Origin: Balanoglossus misakiensis
Taxonomy: Eukaryota; Animalia; Hemichordata
Reading direction: 5' to 3'
NCBI GenBank assembly: GCA_040954595.2
Contig: CM082595.2
Location: 5,606,137-5,670,136 of the forward strand
DNA: 64,000 bases
In this document: piece by piece, positions 37,001 to 46,595 of the stretch
How positions within the stretch are numbered: position 1 is the stretch's first letter
Layout: every line of letters starts with the position of its first letter
Position numbers and translations under genes: made by a program
The notes under the pieces: model-generated
What the model saw: only the letters and a program-made list of their open reading frames with translations
Databases searched by the model: none
Told to the model about the DNA's origin: nothing

Positions 37001-37395
37001 TTAACATGTTTTCATAAACAAACAAATAACACAATTGGAGCCAGAGACCTGGTTTTGCCGTCTAACACACAAACCAAGGCAAAACCTCGAGCAGCTAAAC
37101 TGAATCTGAACATGAAGCACATTCACTTCACATACGTGAGTGGAGTGACCGTGCATAAAGTAGCTAGTGCAAAACCATATCACAACACTGCAGCAATTTC
37201 ACAAGAAGAAGTCTGATCACCATATTACGTGTTTGATAAATCATGTAAATGCTAGCTAGTGTAACGATAATGGAGTAGAGAGCACTTAAATTAAAGCCTA
37301 TACTATTTGTATATTACATGAATGGAATGGAATCGCTCTACCATACCTTATTGGTAAACTCCACGTGTTGTTGTTATGCCTATGGCCGCCGCCAT
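30524..37395 (-). ncRNA. Putative spliced lncRNA or pseudogene-like transcription unit spanning the satellite
   Basis: Exon-like blocks with canonical splice sites: ...37347 (AG|GTATGG), 36321-36508 (tttttacag / ATG|GTGAGT), 30835-30906 and 30524-30600 (ttgcag / AAG|GTAAGA). YY1-type motifs lie upstream. No long ORF. Confidence 0.35.
30968..36015. repeat. 87-bp satellite array (about 58-60 units) with internal hairpin, subfamilies and higher-order repeats
   Basis: Period of 87 measured (31090 to 31177). Core ttttcatgagctataacccatgaaaa; 77/78-bp deletion variants; one inverted unit at about 36160-36232. Confidence 0.97.
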
Positions 37396-37660
37396 ATTGG
37401 TTTTCCTATTTGACGGCTTCGTTACGATATTTGCGTTAAACCATGGTGAAACCAATGAAGTTATTCCTCACAAATCCTACTCAGGTGCATTTCGAACACA
37501 AGACGGACAGGGATAGTCGGGAACTCAGCTGGACGGTGACGGTTTAAGCGCGTTTCGGGTGAAATCAGTGCACAACACAAGTACATGTACATGTAAATCC
37601 CGGAAGCCGCCATTTTGAAACACGCCATCTCGCGGGCGATTTATGAAATCTCTCGAAGTA
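37380..37660 (-). promoter_or_regulatory. CpG-enriched promoter-like region with YY1 motifs
   Basis: GCCGCCATATTGG (about 37388) and GCCGCCATTTTG (about 37606); TCTCGCG nearby. Confidence 0.45.
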
Positions 37661-38749
37661 ACAGTGTTCAGTACAGGGCTCACAAAACTTTTGAATCAGT
37701 ATACTGTGGTTTAGTGTTCACATTTATTTTGCGTGCGTGCGTGTATATGTGTTTACATACAAAGTTATGAGACAGTTTCCGTGCATGTCACACTGCTTTT
37801 TATAACAAAGGTTTGCAATTTGACAGACTATCACCTTTCCGAAAAAGAAACGTCCACTATGACTGTACTACCTTATCAAGCGGGTTACATGAACTGTTCT
37901 GACCGTCGAATTATTGTGACAGAATTTATCTACAAAATCATGAAAATACACGTTCACTATTCAGCCAGATAATCTTCGCGAGATTGGGGATTATTAAGAA
38001 AAGGATGTTACTAATCCTACCAGCCCAGGTTGTACACTTAATTTAACAATTGACGGTAAACTGCACCCATAATCAATCGATCTGTAGAGCAAATAGTAGG
38101 CAAATACTGCAGATTAGGGATTAGCATGGCTCGGGAATTTTATGGACTTGAAATAAAGAACATATAAAGTACGTTTATGCGTTGTGGGTCACGTCTGCTT
38201 ATCTGTGCTCGCAATTTGTATACAACGAATAAGCGTGGGCGCAAGCTAGCGTCAGCATGAAAGTCTACAAAGTACATGTATTTGCAGATAGTCTCGTAGC
38301 GGGAGAAAAGGCAGTTCTTTACCGCCAAGCGCTCTTTTTCTTGCTTCCGCGGGTGAAATTGTATCACACAACAACAAAAAACGGGCTTCTGGCGTACTGA
38401 GCGTGTATAACGTAAACCCTTTTATTCGTCGCTGTCTTTTTGTCGATATTGTTTACCCGTTTGACTTTCTTGGATTATTGAAGACGGCAGTCTGTCCTCA
38501 TCAATTGGCGCCTCGAGCTTCATAGAGTCTTTCTGACTCCAAAACTCCCCATCAGGCGATTGAGCTATACGGAACAAATGTCATGGAAATCCCGCGTTTG
38601 TGTCCTATTTGGCTCGAGTAGACCGCTGGCGGCTCCATGTGATCCCTATTATAGCGAAATCAATACACTTCAACAACTCTGAATTCTACAGCTACGTTTA
38701 TATCAAAATAGAAAAAAGGTCTTTTATTGTAAAAGTAACTCGAAAAAAA

Positions 38750-39038
38750 TCCGTGCGACTCTTTCTATTCCCCCCATCTCCACCCGTGAAAAGAAATGAG
38801 GCAGCCTCCAACGGCGTTGCTACGGCAACCGTATCTTCAAAAGCCGTCGTTAGTGTCACTTCCATTTGGAAGACGCGTCTTCAGCGCGCGCTGGCATTTC
38901 CACGAAGAATGGAGTCTACGAGGGTTATATTTTTTTCTTCGGTGTTGCGTGATCGGCGTGCTGAGGAGGTATTGCCTGTATTCACAAAGCTATAAACGCC
39001 CCATCGGCTGTGAACTGTTCCTCGCTTTTAGGGTAAGT
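38750..39038 (+). promoter_or_regulatory. Putative promoter and non-coding first exon of the 5-HT6-like GPCR, with an RFX X-box
   Basis: X-box GTTGCTACGGCAAC at 38816-38829 in a CpG-rich segment. Donor GG|GTAAGT at 39032/39033 and acceptor tttgtttcag at 45358, just upstream of the GPCR ATG. Confidence 0.45.
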
Positions 39039-40088
39039 ATTCCCTTGATTTCTGATCTCTTAATTCTGCCTTTATTATACACTGCGATTACGACTTAAAT
39101 ATAAACTTTATGTGCCTGAATTTGAATTTAGCGTAAGTCAATGTAACACTCACGAAGGGATTTTTAAAGTGAGTACTTTTGCAATCAAATCACTGACGTG
39201 TGCATTGCACCTTGTCGATAGATGTCTCTAACTGCAACGGCGAATGCAGGAAATAATTATCGCACGGCGACAAATTCATCTGCGAAGATCAATGATGACA
39301 ATACTTTGATGTAACATTTACAAAATGATAGACAGGCGAAAAGTTCGAGCAGAACCGTGTGTTCAATACTGACTGGAAAGAGACCCCTCCCAAGATTCTC
39401 TTGCGACAGAAAGTCAGAACTATTCGCCTAGTGAGAAGACATCATCATTTTCTGAATTATCGTCTTCATGAGCTTTTTGTCGCCGATGCCGGAAATAGAA
39501 CCTACTATTCAGTGATATCCTATTCGATTAGACAGGAATCCATAAATACCTTAATTGCCAAGAGATGGTAAACAGTTTTCTCGCAAAAAAGTAATTCAAG
39601 TCCAATCTTCTGACTAGACTTCAACTGCATTTCATATTTTTCTGTCAAATTCTAAGGCGGTTGAATACGTCAATCCTCAATGCTCTATAAGTAGTGTAGA
39701 TTTGATTGAAAACGGGGGACATAACGTGTCAATCCGTTTAAGGATTTACCATCTTCCCCTGTGAGATGAATCCGATGCAGATCTCTTCAATCTTTCACTG
39801 TCAAGGTCAGGGAATGTGTTTAACGGTAAATACACTCATGCCCTGCGGCCGGGATGTGATTAATATCCCCGTAGTGACTCCCTCGGAAGGAAACTGGGAA
39901 TCCATGCTCGTTCCGCAAAATTTCAAGACACTCCCTTTTGCGAACTTTTCAACAAAAGACTCCAGTTTCAGATGAATGAGAGAAAAATTACACCACCAAA
40001 AATTCCCTAAGTTACAAAACCTGGGGGATAGTCTTAATATGACGATGCAATTACGGCCATGACAATTCTGAATAGAACGAGATATTTA

Positions 40089-40231
40089 AGCAATAAAACA
40101 CCCCCAGCCATGGTATATCACGAGATTTTGACCAGTTCACGACATATACGCACGAGCGATAGCGAGTGCGTATATGGAGTTGAACTGGTCAAAATCGAGT
40201 GGTATACCATGGCTGGGGGTGTTTTATTGCT
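40089..40231. mobile_element. Palindromic (foldback) non-autonomous element; associated sequence extends to about 40400
   Basis: agcaataaaacacccccagccatggtata...cgcacgagcgatagcgagtgcg...tataccatggctgggggtgttttattgct. Confidence 0.75.
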
Positions 40232-41875
40232 ATTATATTATGCCAGTATATTGAAACTTTGCATAAAACATTTTAAAAAGGCATTTTCTTTAACTATGAT
40301 ATATGACTGTGGTATATGGCTAATATATCACGGTCACGTGTCGTGTCTCGACCAATCAAATAGCGTGATTTACACCATCAATATACTGGTATAATATAAT
40401 ATTTGATACATCAGTGTGGTATAGGCCTATAATTGTTGTCTTTACGGGTTTAGAGGAGATAAGACACACTAATTTCAAGTTGAACCAGTTCCGAAAATAG
40501 AAGACTTAAACTTACACATTTGTGAGTTTAGAGTGTCCTATAATATTATCATCATTTCGATGACAGGATTTGTGGGAAAAAGTACCACTCTTCTTGATTT
40601 CATGAACATTTTGGTGATTAAACCAAACATTCCTTCTCTGGGATTTTGAGAACATGCACCCATACCCATTTTCCCCGCCCGATAGTGTCACCAATATTTT
40701 TCAATGATCACCATGTTGTTTTTGAACGTGTTTTGGCCTTCTTGTCTGTGAAGGCAATTCTCTTCAAACTCACGAAGCATCTTCTCCCCGATATTCATTT
40801 CCGCGTGTCTACTCCACAGTCACGTGATCTGGCGTATTATCCGCGAATATTCTATGCAAGAAAGCCTCTTTGTCAATCATACTCTATATGCTCGTCTTGT
40901 TAACAAGAAATGTTGTGTGACTTAAAAAATAAGCATTGTCATGACCATTTCCTTCGTCGTCCATCCTAGTACGGAGCATGACTGGATCAATTTAATTTGG
41001 TCCGAATCATTCTCTGAGCTGTATTTTATAGAACCGTACTATTACTAAAGTTTAATGTATAAATTTCTCTTCACATTATAAACCATTCGTCCTCCCAGAG
41101 GTCTTTGTAATAGGATTCCATATAATACGCGCTGCTTACCTCAGTCACTATTAAATCTAAGTATGTTGCGTGTCTTTCCGCAAGACATGGAATGCTTGGT
41201 CTCATTCTCGTCATCTCCGTCGCAGAAGCTGAAATACACCAGAAAAAAATTGCACTGTGGTAAATATCGCTTTTTATTTGAAAGCTTTCGGTGAGTACAT
41301 GTAGTTTCTGAGATTTCTCTATATTTTATTCAGAATATTGCTTTCGGGTTCATTCGCGGTATGGGAGCTAGTGATATCACGGACTGAATCACGTCTGTGG
41401 GTATAACCAGTAACCGATAACCCGTAACTGACCAATATTTGTGAAGGCCTATAGAGCCAATTATTTTGGCTTCTTTTCTCTTCGATTCCATGATTAAATC
41501 GTTCTGGCAAGCTGAGTCGTCGCATTTCCTCAAAGGACAGCGGTTTTTTTTTTCTAAAAAAAATATATTGCTTCGTGAGTCTAAGCTTAAAGAGAATCCG
41601 AAATGATAAAGGTAAATTTAGATTGCGGAACACATTATGTAAAATATACAAAAGTTCACCAGGTATATGGTTTCGTTTACTTGCATTGATTTTTAAGTAA
41701 CATATCACGAGTGGTATAGCGAGCTTCGAATTTTTAACACGTGTTTGGGCAGTGATGCGGGGAAAGATTCTGCCGACTAAGCCAGCATCATATACACGTA
41801 GTTATTTCGCACGATGCCGTAACTGCAGATGGTAGTGTGAACCTAAAATAATTCCCGGAGTTTCACTGCCCAAAT

Positions 41876-41975
41876 GTTATTACATATCAGGTCAGTACTA
41901 CATATTGGGTTAAGTATTATTACAGATTGGGTTAGTATTACACATAGGGTTTGTTATAAAGTATTGGGGTGATAC
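41876..41975. repeat. Degenerate short-unit repeat (tattacatattggg-like), probable MITE remnant
   Basis: Several gttattaca/tattggg units ending in ...gtgataca. Confidence 0.4.
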
Positions 41976-42968
41976 AACAGCAACGTATGCTAGTAACTGT
42001 CCGAAACTGTTAACAACCCCTGGAATTAGGTAATGGCCTTTATTCACTAGTACGCGTATTAGACCCTATGCCCAGTATAATTTATAACAATTTATGGCAG
42101 TACAAATAGTGGCAACAACAACAAAATATAATACATTGTTTTACAAATGTTGCTAATTATTTAACTCTTAACACTTGAAATTGAATGCAATAAAGTGCCA
42201 AAGATGATCCACATGGCTAACTCGCTAGGATTGTAGTTGTTTTCTTAAACTCACAATTTCCAATTTTACCCATCGTGGTTAAAGTGATTTATCGCTGCCC
42301 CCAAGAATAGACAATCTATCTTTGAACGTTCCCTTCAGGGGGGAAAGGCGGTATAAATAATCCATACCATTACCTAGGTTACAGGGATGCTGAGGGAATG
42401 TGTGTCGGCTAGATAAGGCGCCCCGACGCCATGTTGCCTGGAAACCCGGGTTTCACTAGTTAAAAATAAAGGACCCTCCGAGAAGAAGAGTTTCAATGAG
42501 TACCCCGCGTCCCCAAGCTCGCTTCTCTGTCTCATAAGGTCGCTTGTCAACCAATGTCTGTTCAGAACAACTGATCATAGTCGCGAGTAAAGATAGCAGC
42601 CCCCGGAGGTAAAAACAAATTGAGGTAACTGAAGTTTCAATCGTGTAGAGTTTCGACTGTTCCTGTGCAGAGATCATCCACAGACATCAACAATTCAGTG
42701 GATGAACATTTTAACAAAGCCAGTCGAAATCTACTCGAATGTGACCACTGCAACTTAGAGATAAATTATGCAATGTTCATGAATGTTATCAGTAAACGAA
42801 TTCACGGACATCTACACACTACAGAATAAACCGTTTTGTATTTATGAAAGCGTGGCTTCAAGTTCACAGGCTGGGGATAGTCCGAAAAGGAAATCACACA
42901 GTCTCGCAAACGTACGCACTGTATACGTATTCATGAATGTCACAGGACGAACCCCACCCATTCGATAA

Positions 42969-43731
42969 GGGAGCATTCGTTTTTTACAGGGAGGGGGGGG
43001 GCCGGTGGAATTTGAGTCGCCGACTAAATGTAAAAGGCAACCCCCCCTGGAAATTACTTTTCTAAAATGTGACCCCCCCCCCCCCCAAAAAAAAAGTTTA
43101 TCCACCGGATTAAACTTATCAAACTTTGTCAGATATTGGTGTATGTTCGACATACCACATAATCAACCATGAAACCTAGTTCCTTGATTTCCAAGTAGTG
43201 CATTGTCTGCCTGATCTTGTTACGTGAAAGAGTTCATTTTCAATGTCGCCGCTATCACTTTCTGAGTCACTTTCCGCTGAATCACCTAGTTCACCTATCA
43301 CTACATGTTCATCTTCTGGTTCACTGTCCTCGTCCAAGTCATCCTCTTCATCCTCCTGCTCATCCTCCTCTTTGTCCCGCTCTTTGTCACCGCTCAAAGT
43401 TATCATGGGGTGGGGGCAAGTCCCCTGACCTGGGACACTAGATAAACCAGTCAATGATTGAAAGGTGTTGATGAATGGAGGGGGTGGGTGTGGGAGGGGG
43501 TGTCCCCCTCCCAAATTAGAAAATTTTGTAAAATAAAGGACGCGAAACTGCATTTTTGTGGACTCAAAATAAATATTTAGCCGTCAAAGTTTTCAAGTCC
43601 CCCTTTTCAGTCCCTATATAATAATCCCTTGATTATAAAATTTGTCCCCCCCCTAAAAACTGCTTTGTAAAAGTAAACCCCCCCCCTGATTTCCACCGGC
43701 CCCCCCCTCCCTGTAAAAAACGAATGCTCCC
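42969..43731. mobile_element. PIF/Harbinger-type non-autonomous DNA transposon (763 bp)
   Basis: TIRs of about 40 bp (GGGAGCATTCGTTTTTTACAGGGAGGGGGGG(G)GCCGGTGGAA) at both ends, flanked by a TAA direct repeat. Confidence 0.85.
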
Positions 43732-43986
43732 TAACCGAAGAACTATCCCTTTTGACCTTTATCGACATAATTCTATTATAGTGGAAGAGAAGACGAGCAT
43801 TTATCCTGTGAGTGTGTACCAAAGCCAAATTAACACACTCAAAGGCACTTTATCCCTTTTCTTTCCCGTCATGCCATTGCCCGGAAATAAATGTCTATAG
43901 TCAAAGCGCCGAGATTCCTCCCCACATTAACCGTTTCATAATGTAACAGTTACCAGAATTGTTCACGGAAGGTTATAATGCTTTAA

Positions 43987-44171
43987 AGGTATACAGTCAC
44001 CTCCAATTTATTTACGCCCATATATGGCTGAAATGGAGTATTTGAGCGTTCTAAAGAACATATGGTGGCGCTCTTTTTTTCGCGTGTGCCACCCACTGAA
44101 AATATGTGATTGGCTAGATCTCATTTTGCCATGGTAACTAGAGCTAATTTTCCATAGGTGACCGTATACCT
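43987..44171. mobile_element. Kolobok-like TTAA MITE (185 bp)
   Basis: TTAA-AGGTATACAGTCACCT...AGGTGACCGTATACCT-TTAA. Confidence 0.8.
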
Positions 44172-44865
44172 TTAATGGCCTTCTATCGCCCAATGCCTTG
44201 CTGTACACACGCGTATATCCACCATGCGATAGTGCGAGGATGACTGTGGTCTTATGATACAGATCTGTTATCGTGCGTATTTATCTTTAAACTACTCACT
44301 TCACGGAAACAAAACGACACCAAATCTGTCCAGTGTAATTCTCCATAGCCGTTGGGAATCAAGAGCGACCAATAGCGCCAACATAAGTGATAGTTTCTTA
44401 GGTCACAGTGACATTGTCGACTCACTGGCATTACTACATGTAACTTCAGAAGATAGGCCCGTGTAAAATATTAACATATGTAAATCATTTACCTCGAAAT
44501 ACTTCTCTTCTGGTCTTCCAGAAATCTCAATGGTAGCCATGCGTGTGTGTTTGCGACCAATTATGCCTGGAAAAGAAAGAAACTAGGATGTGATCAAGTC
44601 TGACAAAGCTACTATGCTAACAAATGTTCTCCCCGGGGTCTGAAAAGCATTTGTATTATACACCAGTCTTAAATCTTAAGTTGGTATGCCATTCCAATTA
44701 ATTTAATACCCTGTGGCTCAACTTGGGCCTGGAGAGTTCCATTAATGACAGCGTATTGGGAGATTTCTTGCCTCGGTAACAATTAATTCGTTTCAAAAAG
44801 TCCGTACACGTATCATATATTAACGTGGACTAATAACTGGGGTTATGATGTGCTACTTCTAAAAC

Positions 44866-44874
44866 GATGACGGC

Positions 44875-44910
<36 letters not shown>
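44866..44910. repeat. (GAT)n microsatellite
   Basis: Directly visible. Confidence 0.9.
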
Positions 44911-45458
44911 ACGTGTACTCCTGTCGTTGACGATCATACCAGAGTCATATTGTTCTGGATGTTACCAACTGTAACATTTGAGAGTTACACCCTCAAATAA
45001 ACATATAATTACCTTTATTAAACATGTTATTTAAAAATCACCACAATCGTGTAGTGTACGAAGACAAAAATATCTGATCCCGCCCAAGAAATCCAGAGAA
45101 GAACAGCCTTTTGCCGGCAGGAAACTTTCCTTCCTTCAGTGTCTCTTTTTATAAACGTTAGCTGGAAGGCACTGCAGTAAAATTCGACGTAAAAAGACAG
45201 CTCTGATGTTCGAAATATCTTGTGTTGCTGAAAACACTTTTGTGAAGTCATAGAAATTGCTTTGGGCTTCCGGGGGTTATATGAAGCTAATCTTTCAAGG
45301 GTTGTGCAAAAGGCCTTATTGCAACATTTCTAACACAGCTTTGTTGCATTTGTTTCAGATAACATCAGCATATAAAGGCATTGTTACTCGACCGAACACA
45401 ATGTCGCTTTGCAGAGGTTTTATCGCATTCGCGAAGAAATGAAAAAAAGATAATCCCT

Positions 45459-46595
45459 ATGGCAACAGCGCATAACGGGAGCGGCTGCCATGGAAACCTG
45501 GATTCACGCGATTGTATCGACATGCAAGTAGTTGTGGGGATCATCATGTCATTGCTGATTATTGCCACTGTGTTAGGCAACGCCATGGTACTCTTTGCGG
45601 TTCTGACGCAAAAATCTTTGCAAGTCACCTCAAACTTTTTCCTGGTGTCGCTGGCCATGGCCGACTTCCTGGTCGGGCTTGTGGTCATGCCTCTCGCCAT
45701 GGTGGACAACATCTTTGGCCACACGCTGTTCAGATCGCAATACTGCAATTTCTGGACGTCGTTGAACGTGATGCTGACCAGTGCGTCCATTCTCAGCCTG
45801 TGCATCATAAGCGTCGACCGGTACCTCATCATCACTGAACCCCTCAAGTACAAACAGCGCATGTCACACCTCCGAGCTCTGCTCCTCATCATGTGCACGT
45901 GGTCCATATCGACGATCGCCTCCTTTCTGCCCATCCAACTCAAGTGGCACATCTCGCAGACCGTGTCCCTCGAAATCACCAACAGCACATCAGCGTTAGT
46001 GTCTGAACACTGTCTGATAGTGGTGTCAGAGACATACGCTCTCTGCATCAGCTTCATACTCTTTGTCTTGCCTTTAATTCTGATCATGTACACGTACAGC
46101 CAGATATTCCGTGCCGCCCGCGAGCACTCGGCTCGCATCGACGTTCTACCTTTTGAGGCTGAGGCAAACGGCCAGGAATCATGGTACACCAGGTTTAAAC
46201 AGCGGAAACAGAACATCAAAGGGAAAAAAGCCATGAAGACACTGGGAATAATCATAGGTGCCTTCTTAATAACATGGCTGCCTTATTACGTGTACACAAT
46301 CGTCGAGGCCCACTGCGCGTGCATGAACCCTATTTTGCATAATCTGTTTGTTTGGTTGGGCTACTTTAACTCCACTATTAACCCAATCATCTACCCTATG
46401 CTGATGAGGGACTTCAGACAAGTGCTCATGAAGTTTTGTAAGTGCAAGGTGAACAGAGGGGTCACCAGGATGGCGCTCTCGTCGACCATGAGGGCAACGC
46501 TCAGTGTTGTTTACGACGGGAGAATCGATTTGCCCGAAGCTAACCAAGACAGCCTGTCATATTATTCAAATGAAGACGCCATTCAAAGTACTTGA
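45459..46595 (+). CDS. Intronless class A aminergic-type GPCR, most similar by motif to the 5-HT6 serotonin receptor (378 aa)
   Basis: Seven TM segments; GN, TSNFFLVSLAMADFLVGLVVMP, ISVDRYLIITEPLKYKQRMS, ASFLPI, TWLP and WLGYFNSTINPIIYPMLMRDF, where NPIIYP..MRDF is typical of HTR6. First ATG at 45459. Confidence 0.9.
   Translation: MATAHNGSGCHGNLDSRDCIDMQVVVGIIMSLLIIATVLGNAMVLFAVLTQKSLQVTSNFFLVSLAMADFLVGLVVMPLAMVDNIFGHTLFRSQYCNFWTSLNVMLTSASILSLCIISVDRYLIITEPLKYKQRMSHLRALLLIMCTWSISTIASFLPIQLKWHISQTVSLEITNSTSALVSEHCLIVVSETYALCISFILFVLPLILIMYTYSQIFRAAREHSARIDVLPFEAEANGQESWYTRFKQRKQNIKGKKAMKTLGIIIGAFLITWLPYYVYTIVEAHCACMNPILHNLFVWLGYFNSTINPIIYPMLMRDFRQVLMKFCKCKVNRGVTRMALSSTMRATLSVVYDGRIDLPEANQDSLSYYSNEDAIQST

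Noticed and set aside
45365-46255. 296-aa antisense ORF over the GPCR
   Set aside because: Shadow ORF on the opposite strand of a clear GPCR CDS, with no recognisable domain.
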